Source: Octopus vulgaris
Lineage: Eukaryota
NCBI GenBank assembly: GCA_951406725.2
Contig: OX597814.1
Location: forward strand, 86,800,001-86,864,000
Reading direction: 5' to 3'
DNA: 64,000 bases
Part shown: positions 1 through 12,137 of the stretch, piece after piece
Numbering within the stretch: position 1 is the stretch's first letter
Layout: each line of letters begins with the position of its first letter
Notes under the pieces: model-generated
Database searches by the model: none
Told to the model about the DNA's origin: nothing
The model's input: the letters and a program-made list of their open reading frames with translations, nothing else
Translations under genes and position numbers: made by a program

Positions 1-197
1 CTGTGCAGGTGGCACGTAAAAAACACCCACTACACTCGCGGAGTGGTTGGCGTTAGGAAGGGCATCCAGCTGTAGAAACACTGCCAGACTAGACTGGAGC
101 CTGGGGCAGTCCCGAGCTCCCCAGACCCCGGTCGAAACCGTCCAACCCGTGCTAGCGCGGAAAACGGACGTTAAACGATGATGATGATGATGATGAT
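1..197 (+). mobile_element. RTE-LINE 3'UTR / SINE tail ending in (GAT)n
   Basis: Same sequence (ggcgttaggaagggcatccagctgtagaaac...cggacgttaaacgatgatgat) as the 3'UTR of the RTE element at 17902-18420. Further copies at ~15738-15927, 28075-28500, 29520-29956, 34755-34930, 42735-42878, 44677-44960 and 63320-63560. Confidence 0.85.
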
Positions 198-493
198 ATC
201 ATCGTGACTGCTCAGGCTATCAGATGTTGCTACACATTACTGGTCACAATGCGCTTCGCATTGTTTTAGCCTTGAAATTACACCACCCTGCTGGCTAAGC
301 GAGCAGGCCAACAGAAGAAAGAGTGAAAGTCGTGGCGAAAGAGTACAGAAGAGATTGCCACCACCCCCTACTGGAGCCTCGTGGAGCTTTAGGTGTTTTT
401 GCTCAATAAACACTCAATGCCAAGTCTGGGAATTGAAACCGCGATCCTAAGACCGCGAGTCTGCTGCCCTAACCACTGGGCTATTGCGCCTCC
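198..493 (-). mobile_element. tRNA-derived SINE
   Basis: Minus-strand head ggaggcgcaaTAGCCCAGTGGttagggcagcagactc...GGTTTCAATTCCc carries Pol III A and B boxes, followed by a non-tRNA body. Confidence 0.7.
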
Positions 494-1549
494 ACACACA
501 TATATTCACTGTCAAAATGTAAATATTGGTTAAATAAAGGATAAAAAATAAAACTCATTCCAAATTCAAAAGTAATTAAAAGTTGTGCTTTTAAACAATT
601 TTACAGGTTTTAAATTTGAAATCAATTTCTTTACACAAAATAATAGACATTATTATTACAAACACCAAACACTTTTACCATTAGGCACATTAGGTTTAGA
701 AAACACAAAATAATTCAGTTGTTGCATGACTTGCTAAAAATAGCAGCCAAAACTTTCACAAACCACTCAGTAGGCTATATTGAATGATATAGTTCCTGAT
801 ATGCAAATGAAATTGTCACAATTAAACATCTTTCATTATAGTCTTTTAATGGATGATCTGAAACTACAGAATAACAAAGTTTACATTGAGCCAAATGCAG
901 CAAGACACTGCAACGAAATTTCCCTATTATCACAACCGTCTTAAATTAAGAAAAGATATTTTAGAAAATGTAGTGTCAGATTGGATCCTACTGCAAGGTG
1001 TCTTGAATAAATTTGTTTTCTATAGTCAGATATGTGGATTATACTTGTAATTCAAAAAGGTACAACCTTATCACACACTGTATCACATTAATTCTACCTG
1101 AGAATTATGTTATGGGAACATATGTCTGCTCAGCCAATTACATGTTAATTTAGGAGCAGGTAATCCATTTGATGAAACTACTGAATGATGAAGACCCATC
1201 ACACAATTTGGACTAAGCTTTGCCCGACTGTAAAACTTAGGGTCCAAGCCAAAGCAAATCTTATAATAAATCTGATTTACATTTGGCCAGCAACTTTTCA
1301 CTTTCAAAGCAAGATGGTCTATTCTGATATTTTCACATTGTAGCAAACACTATCTTTATGATTTCCCAAACTGTCTTGATTAGATTCAGAAAAGACCAAT
1401 ATTAATTGGTTTGAATTACCAATTAGACATTACTCAAAAATTCAACAAGGATACAAAATAAAATTACAGCCCCATAACTATTTATGTTCACTTTGTGTGT
1501 GTGTGCATGTGTGAGAGAGATATAAAGAGATGAATGAAAAACCACTTAC

Positions 1550-1645
1550 AGGCACTAATAGGCAGTTCCAAAGAAGTATATTAGAGCGATCAGGATTTAT
1601 TTCACAATATGATTTGTTGATTCCAGTTTTCAATTCAGTTAGTTC
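1550..1645 (-). CDS. UBE2L3: UBE2L3-like coding exon 2 (ELTELKTGINKSYCEINPDRSNILLWNCLLVP)
   Basis: Polypyrimidine acceptor (ttttcttttatttttctag|GAA), 96-nt open exon, donor CCT|gtaagt. In frame with exon 1 and aligns without gaps to UBC-fold residues EL..I..D..N.L.W..L.VP of UBE2L3. Confidence 0.88.
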
Positions 1646-4179
1646 CTAGAAAAATAAAAGAAAAAAAAACATTTGAGAAAGTTCATTTAATAGCTACTGA
1701 AGTTACAAAAATGATTAAATAGGTTTGTTAAAAGTACATATTTTCAATATTTGAACGATATCATGTAACTACTTGATGTGATAAACTGACAGAAGTTATT
1801 CAACAGTGGGGCAATTCAACCATTTTACTATTAGACTGGTGGAAGAAACATCAACCAAGGATTATTTCTTCACTATAATGAAGAAGCAAACAAACAATTT
1901 TGAAACAAAAATAATATTCTTCAAATGGTAGTACTTGTTACCATATGACTTGTATGATAGCAAAGCTCTAATTAACCATCCTGCACATATTATATAGATA
2001 TGAAATTTCAACATTTTGCAAGCCATAGCTCACTGAAAAATGCACATGTGTTACAACATAACACCAGTTTTTTTAAGACAGTTTTATATAAAAAATATTA
2101 AAATCATTTAAAAACAAAAATGGGTGTAAATCACTGCAAAAAAAAATACACATGCACCAGTACAATACTTTAAAAAATAATGTACAGCTTTCATTGATAT
2201 AAATTTAAATTTCACTCACAAACTGAACAGAATTAAAATTAAAAATGGGTATGAAAACTTTTTTTAAATGTCTAAATACTTATAATATTAGTGGAAAGCT
2301 TATGACTGTTGATGTCTCATAACTGAGGTTGGATGGTTGAAAAGCATATTCTCAAGTCCTCCAGGGTTTGAAATTGTGACCTATACCTGTTCTAAATAAC
2401 AATCATGTTCATGGCAAAGAAAGCAGTATCACTAATATACAAAAAAAGAAAGAATGCATTAAGTGCTTTCATTGTGATGAAGGGGTATTTCTGCCAGAAA
2501 GACAACCAGAATGAGGTTGCTGAGTGCTGCAAATTCAGTATTTGTTAGCTCATCTTCTGAAACTAAATTTTGCTGACTGGTATACATGTAACACTAATAG
2601 GGGCTCCAGTTGAAAATAAGGAGGCATTCTATAATGATCTACAGAACTGTTTAAGCAAGTGGGGTGTGGTCACTGAAGTTTGTGGATGATGGAGTCATTG
2701 TAGCATTGCCCAATAACTGGTGTGAATTATCTGTTGTCTGTCCCTGACAAAGTGTTCTGCAGTGACCTGCTCACCCTCATGAAGCATGAGATTGAATAAT
2801 TAGAGAGGAAAGTCATGCAATGAACAAAAACCAACATTGTGTAACAATGGAGATCATGGTGGAATCAAGATGCAAGGTAATTAACCAATCTCATCAGAAG
2901 TTAATGATTATGGAATGAGGGTTTCTGTGGGGAAAGCAATGTGTAAAAACAATTAGATTTTTTGCTTAGCCAGTGCAAACAAATCCTTAAGTTTCCCATT
3001 TGAGAATGGACACTGAGTATGCAGATACTAATTCATGCTTTCGATAACATGAGAACAGTAATAATTTAGAACTGAAAATATAAACTACTTCAATAAACAA
3101 AGTATCTAGAATAAAAGTTGTTTCAAGATGTCTAATACAAACCTACTGAAAGCCAGGAGCTGAGCCATTTCAATTACTTAGTTGATTCATTCAACTGAAC
3201 AAAGGTAGAGAGGACCAATTCGTTAAATGCTAAAAGCTGTCATTTGTGGCAAAACATCTTGAGATACATTTAATGCATTAGCTAATAGATTATCTGAGAC
3301 AGGAATGGTAAAAAAACTTTTTTCATATTCTCTGAAAGTCAGAATATTTATAATTTTATAATTTAATGATATTTTGATAGACTAAGTAATTGTATTATTC
3401 CGTAATTCAGTTTATGGAACTACACAAACAGAAATTGTAAAGTATAAAATTTCAGGATATAAACTTGTAATTCTGCCCTATGGAACCTTTGGTAAATTTT
3501 AATTTTGAAATCTAAAATATAACCTCCTTAGTACCTATGTGTTCCATCTTTTGTCCCATCCCCAACTAACATTTTCATTGATCTTAACGTACATCTACCT
3601 GCACTCTCTTCACCACCCCCTCATCTTGATTGTGTGTAATAATTCAATGATTTTGGGCTTGTCTCTACTTCTTATCAAACAACAGTTCTTCCCATCTCAC
3701 TCTACTGCTTTCATTTTCCTATTTTTGAATCCAAAGTAACATAATTACCTTTTGCTAACACAGAAGAACATCATCACTTTCTTTGGGTTCTACTGTTTTA
3801 CTATTCGATGTGGATTTCTTGCCTATCACAGTTACTGTTGGATTTAACTACTAACACAGAAGGTATGGTGCATTACCTTTATAAGATGAGTGAAAAGAAA
3901 TCAAATGAATGTGAAGGCAATAGTGTATAAAGAAGTTTTAAAGAGATTACAATGTAAATCCATCATCTAGCTTTCCTAAAACTTTATTTTACACACACAC
4001 ACACAAAAAAAAGATGCAAAGGAAAACCCCATCAGCCATATTGCAACCCCACCCCCAAAAAACCTAAAACTAGCAATGTCTACAGTGGGATTACATATAT
4101 AACACCAAAGACAAAATTGGGTTGAGCACTAAAGCACCCACTCTTAAATACCTGGTCATGGTTCTGAAGTGATACTTAA

Positions 4180-5326
4180 AATGGAAAAGTTCAAGTGTGT
4201 GGATTCATGATCAAACTGATTATTACTAAAAATTTGACAATTTGCAGTAAATGGAAGGTGCAATTTCTGATGCAAGACCTTTTCTTTTTTAGTAAAGGCT
4301 AGTTTGAAAAATCTAAGAGGCACCTTAATTGGTTCAACATTAAAATGACAGAGGAAGCTGATAATTGGGCAAATTTCAGGCTGCTATTAATTATGATAAG
4401 TGAAGAAAAATTAGCAATAGACTTTACAGCTTCCAAAAACCCAATAATGAAAGGAGAAATATTGCTAGTGATTTTCAAAATCTGAAGGCTTTCAAGGGCT
4501 GTGTTAAGCTTAATCTATATATTATTCAGTGTTCAAGTAAGACTTGGATGACAACCAGCTTTTTCCAAGATTGGTGTACAAACATTTTTTTGTTTCCTTG
4601 CAGAAAGCCACCTAGTAAACTAAAATGACCTTTCTGATTATGTAAGATTACATAATCTTAAAAACAAATTTTATTTGCTCCAGCTAATGAAGGATAACTA
4701 ATTTTAAAGTAACTTATAAATGACGGAGGTCAAGTTGTTTGGCTAAACTCTTCAAGGTAGTACTCCAGCATGACAACAGTCCAATGAATGAAACAAGTAA
4801 AAGATGGAAGATAAAATTACAGAAGCATTCAACTATGGTGTTTTTGACCAGAAGGTACCCATGATTTTACAGGTTTTCCACCAATAGAGACTACACTTAT
4901 GATGCAGGCAAAATGATGTAAGATTTGAAGTTATTGAAGACATCAATGAGTTGCTAGGATCCCACAGAGCAAGTTTTGTCTGATGAGGGACTGATGTTAG
5001 AACATAGAAACTCCATCAATGCCATTTCAGTTTGCTGTAAAGAATATGATTAAAAGGTTGGCCTAACACAGCAGTATCATTTCCAGTGACTATGTGCCAT
5101 ACTACAATATTATTGTATTATTTATTTCTAACATTTCTTTCTCTAAATGTTTTTTAAATGTACATACTGTAGAGCAAGTTTAAAACTTGTTATTTTCATA
5201 TATAATAGTGGTTGCTTTTTCTTTTGGAATGCATCTCAATTTACAATATGAAAATCAATGATAAAATAGGTTTGCATTATGGAATTCTTCACAGTCAGAT
5301 TTTCAGGACCATATGGGATGCCTGTA
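4180..5326 (+). mobile_element. Decayed Tigger/pogo-like (Tc1/mariner) transposon
   Basis: Broken transposase motifs (F..SKG.FE, W..NK..WMT, GFE, LSDE.L), homologous to the copy at 8020-8740/15211-16106; ends ...ctgTA. Confidence 0.6.
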
Positions 5327-6304
5327 TGTTAAAACTATATTATTAAGGCAATAATGGGCTGGTAGAGCCATTAACATGCCAGACAAAATGCTTAGTGGCA
5401 TTTTTTCTAGCTTTATGCTCCGAGTTCAAATTCCACTGCAGTTGGCTTTGTCTTTTGTCCTTTCAGGGTTGCTGTAATTAGCTTCCCATTTCCCTTAAAG
5501 TTGCTGGCCATGTGCTAAATTTAAAGAGAATTAGCATTATTCATTGCTATAGTTAGATATGTGTCTCAATCTTAGTCATTAGTAACAATGTTTCAGCTGT
5601 TATACTCTGACATTCAGATGCCTGTTGAACACAGTAAGATTCTCAAAATTTTGAACTGAACTTTGTTCAAGCCATTGAGATAGATTGCTCCCATTCAGAG
5701 ATATTCTTGTATTAGTTATCCTATACTGTACATAAAATTCATTGTCATTGTTTTGTAGGACAATTAGGAAACAAAAATTTGCAACTTTAAACCCTTTTCC
5801 TTTTTGAAAACCTGTTAAAGGCTCCCATATAGTTATTATGATATCTTTATGATGAAGTCATTGGAGCCCAATATATATGCTAATCCTTTCAATTGTCTTC
5901 CGGCATTTTATATCACTGACTGTTCCATAAAAGCTGGTGACTGCTTTTTGCCTCCACAAATGCTCAGTTATGTCTGATTTTTTTGTTTGCCCATAGACAG
6001 ACATGATGTTCCTCTAGTATTATTTTTAGTGGGAGGTAGTGGCTGCCCTTATCTTTATATTGTGTCACAGTTGCAAGTGATGACATGTACACAGTTCTTA
6101 CTCCTCTTTTCTGACAGAGGCATTATTTGGGAGAGATGTCATTGATAGTTGTATCAAATTATGGACCCCCCCACTCCACATGCCCAGAAAACAAACCAGT
6201 AACAATTTGTCTTAGAGGCATATCAAGAATATCCTGAAGATCAGTGGCACAGACATCATCGGGAGGGTATTTCTATTATAGTCTGGCTGAACAAAGCCTT
6301 AGAA

Positions 6305-7581
6305 CAGGACTGGGCAACCTTTTTGAGAGTGCATGCCAAAACTGGCAAAATCTGACAAAATTCCACATGCCAACCAATTTTTTTTTAGAACATATCAGGG
6401 TACTTGATATCTCTTAAGAAAGTGTATGTCAAGAACTTTTTTAATAAATGATTTAAAAAAAAAAAAAAAAAAAAAAATCACCATAGAGTAATAAAACAAT
6501 ATATAATGATGGATAATGTATTTATTCACCTTCAAAGTTATATCTAAACAACAATGAACCTTTGCCACTTTCAAAAGAAAACATTGGTCAGATGAAATAT
6601 CAGTTTGACAAAACTTGATAACTCCTTTCGATATACATGTATATTCAGTATTATTAGTGGGAATTCTGCCTCTGTATCATTGATGACTGATTTTGTATTG
6701 GGTTTATATTTCGTAACCTTCAGAGATATGCATGTATTCCTAGTTTCATCTGTCAGGTTACTCCTATTACAAAACTTAAAGTTCACCACCGAGAACAAGG
6801 ATTCACAGACATAGGTTGATGAAAACATGGATATTAGTGCTGTTACAAAATTCTTTAAACTGGAAAAATTTTCTGGAATGGCATTCCAAATCCTTAATAA
6901 TTCGTTTTCTTCACTCCTCTCTGGTACTCCCGTCTCTAATTGCCTTTTTTCAATACTTTCTAAGACAATGCTAAGGTCAATAAATTTTTGTTTCCAAATT
7001 TAGCTACTTTGAAATTCAATCATGTCTGGAAACTTCATGAATTTTGCTGTCTCTTCCAGTTCTCTGAATTCAGCAAACCTTGTAAAAAAAACTGCTCAAC
7101 AGTTGACTCAATGCTTACAAACAGCTTTTGAAGGAATTAACATTCTGTTCTATTACCTTTTGATAGATCATTGATGTACCTCTTTATGTTAGGGAAGTAT
7201 CTAAATCTCGCATTGTTAACATCCCTCTTAAAAACTTGTAGTTTCATTTCAAAAGCGTTTATGTAACCAAACATATCAAGTGTCTTACAAGAGCCCTGTA
7301 ATTTAACATTCAAGTCATTCAAATGTTCCCCCAAATCTGCAAAAAAAACACCAGTTTACAAACCCACAAGATGTCAAACAATTCTTGATAAGAAACATGT
7401 TGGTCATTAAAAAGAGCTTTATCTCATTTAAGCATTCAACAAATCATTTGTAATGTAAAATGTATCTGAGCAATAAAATGTTGCTATATACTATTGAAAG
7501 TCATTAAATGGAGGGTTACTAGAGAGAGGGTTTCGCGTGCTAGAAACAAGTTATTGGCATGCCAGGACTTGCTTACCCCTG
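6305..7581 (-). mobile_element. hAT DNA transposon (Charlie/SPIN/GTF2IRD2-like), internally deleted
   Basis: CAGG..CCTG termini with perfect 8-bp TSD CCTTAGAA (6297-6304 and 7582-7589). Minus-strand remnants HLNDLNVKLQG..FEMKLQVF and SMFSSTYVCESLFS (hAT C-terminal dimerization region). Confidence 0.9.
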
Positions 7582-8974
7582 CCTTAGAAAATTAAAGAAA
7601 CCAGTTTTGTACGAGTCATGATATTTTAAGCAGGCACCACCGTCATACAGTTATTAATTTCCAGTCTTCTGTGAAATGTCTAGCTAAGGAGAAATATTAC
7701 CTTACTTATGACAGGAAAGTTATTTAGTTGTTTAAAAACTGCTTTGACAAATTCCATCTGACTTGTGCTAGTATGGAAAAGTAAACGGTAGAATGATGAT
7801 GTGTGAGAAAAGCTCAGCCATTTACTAAAACATTAAAGCTTGCAATGAGTATAGTAGGAACATGTGACAAAGGTAAATTAGGTCAAGAATCAAGTAACTA
7901 CTCCATTAAAAGGAAACCCTCCCCCCTAGATCTGAAGCGATGTGTAAAATGGAATAGCTCAAGTTCCATTTCGGTGTTGGGATCAGCAATCAGACCGGAT
8001 ATAATGCACTGATAAACAGTGGTCATTCAAGTAAAAATATAAATTTGTATGACAATTTTCAGAAAGTGAAAAGTACAACTTTCAATGCAAAACCTTTTCT
8101 TTGTTAGTAAGCTGGTTTAAAAATTTTAAATGGCACCCTAATTAATATAAAAATGACAGCGCTGATACAGAGGTTACTTCTAATTATCTTAAGGAGCGGA
8201 GAAAAATTACTGAAGACATGTATCTAATGAAGAAAAATCAGTACCAGGCTTTAAAAAAAGCACCAAAAGTCATCTGAGGCTTTTATAGAAAGAAATGTGG
8301 CTGGTAATATGACATTAAGGCTCCTACTTGTGTATCAGTATCCAAAATCCAAAGACTATGCTAAGTTCAATCTACTTGTAATTTGGCATTCAAATAAGAA
8401 GGCTTGGATGACTACCAGCATTTCCAAAACTATTTTAGAAGTACAATGCCAGGTGTAATTATTTCAACAAAGCATCACCCTTTTAGACAATGCACTAAGC
8501 TACCCAGTGAACTTAATCTTTCTGATAATGTGAGAGTGGAATAACATACCCAAAAACATAACTTCTTCAGCCAATGGATCAAAGCGAAAGTTAACTTCAA
8601 AGCATATCGTGAGAAATTTTTTGAAACATCTCATAAAAGCAATTGATGGGAAGAATAAGACTGGAGTTAGATACATCTAGAAAGGGCTTGACACTATGGA
8701 TGCAGTGGATAATATAGCTGAATCATGGGATGAAGCAAAACACACCCCTGTGGGATTGGAAGAATGGACTAGCCAAACTCTTATAAAGAGTAGGGTATTA
8801 GTTGAGACGAAAGTCTTAGGAGTTTGTATTTACTGGAGTACCGTGAAGTACATCGTATGAAGACAGTTGTGTCTATCCCCACTTTGTGAAATCTGTATAT
8901 CCAATGTATAGAAGGATATAAAAGTGGCAACAAATTTATTCGAAGCTTATGTTGGACATTAACATTTTGTTCTG

Positions 8975-9013
<39 letters not shown>

Positions 9014-9860
9014 AAAATTAGTTTACATGAAAGACTTATTAGCCTCTGTGGTACAGTTGCAACAGCAACAGTTACAGCAGCAATAACAATACCAACAGTT
9101 GCTGGAATTAATGTTGAAGTCCCAAAATACTTCAAGTTCGTTCTTGCCAGACAGTGTAGCAAATGCAATTTCAGAATTTAGTTATAATCCAGAAGATGGT
9201 ATTACTTTTTCTGCATATTTCCAAAGATATGAAGAAATCTTTAAAGAGGAATGCAAAAACTAAATGGACAATGAAAAGGTACAACTACTTTTAGGAAAAT
9301 TATACTCTGCCAAACATGAAAAACAAGGTAACTGCATTCTGAAGAAGAAAAGAGAAAAAAAAACCCAAAAAACAAAAAAAAACAAACAAAAAAGATTTCA
9401 TCACCTATGCTGGAGTAGTCAATCAAGAATGAAAAATTTTAACTAAACGAATTAACCTTGGACATCTTCAAATGTTTTTTTTTTCATGGGTAAACTGCAA
9501 GCAAAGATGCAGAGATACGTGCCGGATATTGACAAAATTAGAACAGGACTAGAATTTAACTTTGCAGGTAGTGGCAGAGGAATGTCAGAGAATTATTAAT
9601 CTATGACATGATGCAAAGAAAATCTAAGAAAAGCATACTCTCACAAGAGCCAATCCATGCTACAAGTGCAGAGGTTTACATTTTAAAAATAAGTGTTTAA
9701 AAATTTTAAATGTTTTACCTGTCAAAAAATCAGACATAAAAGCTAACATTGCAGAGTAAAAAAAAAAAAAAAAAGAAAAAAAAAAGGGTGGAATGAAAAA
9801 TTGTCTAGGAAGGTTTTCTCAACATGAAGTCTAGGTAAGGCTCACAAAAGAAAGTTTGTG

Positions 9861-12137
9861 TACTCTTACTTGTTTCAGTCATTTGACTGCGGCCATGCTA
9901 GAGCACTGCCTTTAGTTGAGCAAATCGACCCCAGGACTTATTCTATCAGTCTCTTTTGCCGAACCACTAAGTGACAGGGACGTAAACACACCAGCATCCG
10001 TTGTCAAGTGATGTTGGAGGGACAAACAGACACATATACATATACGTGATGGGCTTCTTTCAGTTTTCATCTACCAAATCCACTCACAAGAGTTTGGCCG
10101 GCCCGAGGCTATAGTAGAAGACACTTGCCCAAGGTGCTACGCAGTGGGACTGAACCTGGAACCATGTGTTTGGTAAGCAAGCTACTTTATTTCATTAAAT
10201 TTGTCATGAACACAGTACATAGATTGGGTAGCTTTGCGGGCTGGACAAGACATTAATGAAATGAATGATAATGATACAAGAATGATAAGGATGAGAGAAG
10301 ACAGAAAGCGCCTGCTGATCCTCTGCAACATTGTTCTTTAACAATACATTAGATGAGGCAATGAACCTCTTACAATTCGTCAATATTAATCATTATAAAT
10401 ATATACATATTTCAGCACTAAGCCTATTCTTCTTTGCCCCCGACCAGGCTGTAAGCTGCCCATAGGTACTCCTCAGGATCCTGGTCGGGGTCCCAAAAAT
10501 TGACTCTAAACAAGTCCGTAAAGGAGCCTAACAACATGGACATGACCTCCGAAGGCCAACTCCTGCCTTCGGTCCAGGCTAAGGACTCCTCCGTCAAGCC
10601 TTCTCACTTCCTATCCCCCCCCCCTCAGAAAGAGTATGACAAACTCATCTTTCCTCCTTCTGGGAGGGGTCACTGCTCCCTCTGTCGGTGGCACACTTCC
10701 CACCGACAGAGTTTCGGGGCATGCTGGCAGTTGATCATCAATGCCAGTGATATCCCATTCTTTTTTCTCCTATTCTCAACGGGAAGGTGGAGTTCCTCCA
10801 ACTTGTCCGGGAGTCCCTCCTTCCCTCCCGCTGCCTCAGAATCCATCAGTGAGCAACCATTGTTGCCCACCTTTCTTTTTTTTGTTTTCGAGGGGGTTGC
10901 CTCCTCGACTTTCTCTTCCGTCAGATAATCAAGAGCCTCTTCTGGGGCAACAGGGAGATCTTTTTCTATTAACTACTCCAGTGCCCTTGCTTGGTTCTTG
11001 GGGCAGTTCTTTATGTGGCCAGACTCCAGTCACAGGTGACACTTGGGGGGGGGGCTCAAGAATCACCAGATACCTAGAACCGGCCACCTTTAGAAAATCT
11101 AGAAAAACCAGATCTTTGGCTGATTGGGTCCATAGGGTCAAAACTGCTTCCAACACTCAAGAGCCTGGCTCTGCCGCCACCCAAACCCCGGCGGATAATG
11201 TACTCTATCCACTCAGGCTCTATTCCGAGTGACAGCCCACATACCCAGGCTCTTGTTAATTTCCTCCCATGATATGTGGGGAGAAACAAAATTTTTTTCC
11301 CCTTAGAGGGGCTGGCTAGTGACAATGCTAGCCTCCTCAGGGGTGTCAAATAGCAACCACACTGTTGCAAATTTGACACCCCTTGCAATAAACTTGATAG
11401 TTGGCAGGTATTCTGCAAACTCTTTTTCTATCTCGACTTGAGGGAACAGTGATGGTGTCGAGGGACTTGGAATATGTCTTTAACACCACCATTCTCTCAT
11501 TATGGTCCTTTATCGACTGCTTAGGGGGTAAAATCTCCCACTCCAGCACAGTGCCCTTCTCTGTTGCCATGCTTGCAAAAACAAAGAAAGTTTCCAAAAA
11601 AAGGTCCAACACAAAGTTCAATAAATAACACAAAAAAGAACAGAAAGACAGAGCAGAGAAAAAGAACGAAGGAAGACAGTTCAATTCACAGCAACACAAT
11701 TCCGCAGCTCCGGTAATCCACAAGAATACAGGTACTCCAGTTCACGTTCGCGGCACAAAATTTAATTCTTGCTGTCCTCATACTCCTTGCCTGTGGTAAA
11801 TCCAATGGAACTTCTAGGGCACGAATACAGTCACACAAATACAATTTTCACAAACAAAAAAATTTTTGCTCCTCAAAAGCACAATTTTCACTGCAAAGTG
11901 AGTCTTTTCACATGACCACAGGCAGGCAAATGTCTGGAGCAGAGGGGAGACTTGCTCAACAAAAATTATTAAATACAGAGCAACAAACTCCACTAAGCCC
12001 CCCCCCCAACAAACGTCTACCTGTAATCGAGCTTCAAAACATTCAATATTTCACGTCAAAATACGTGACTTCCAAGCAGCACAAACTCTCCTGTAGTAAG
12101 GTAAGGAAGCTACTTACCACACAGCCACTCATGTGCC
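9861..12137 (-). mobile_element. tRNA-SINE inside Gypsy, itself split by an insertion (pieces 9861-10187 and 12100-12137)
   Basis: Reverse complement of the intact SINE at 59124-59530; the head continues seamlessly across the 10188-12099 insert. Confidence 0.85.
10188..12099 (-). mobile_element. ORF1-only non-LTR retroposon (L1/Tx1-type ORF1, HAL1-like)
   Basis: 16-bp TSD ggtaag(c/g)aagctactt (10172-10187, 12100-12115). Frameshifted ORF from ATG 11570 (MATEKGTVLEWEILPP..LPTYHGRKLTRAWVCGLSLGIEPEW..) with zinc-knuckle relic KCHL*LESGHIKNCP at ~11003-11042. No EN or RT motifs seen. Confidence 0.7.

Noticed and set aside
420-493. tRNA-like sequence (also 59124-59190)
   Set aside because: SINE heads: A and B boxes are present but there is no complete cloverleaf, and they continue into repeat bodies.
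4979-5015. CTGATGA..GAAA hammerhead-like words
   Set aside because: No supporting stems; lies in Tigger transposase coding relic (LSDEGL).
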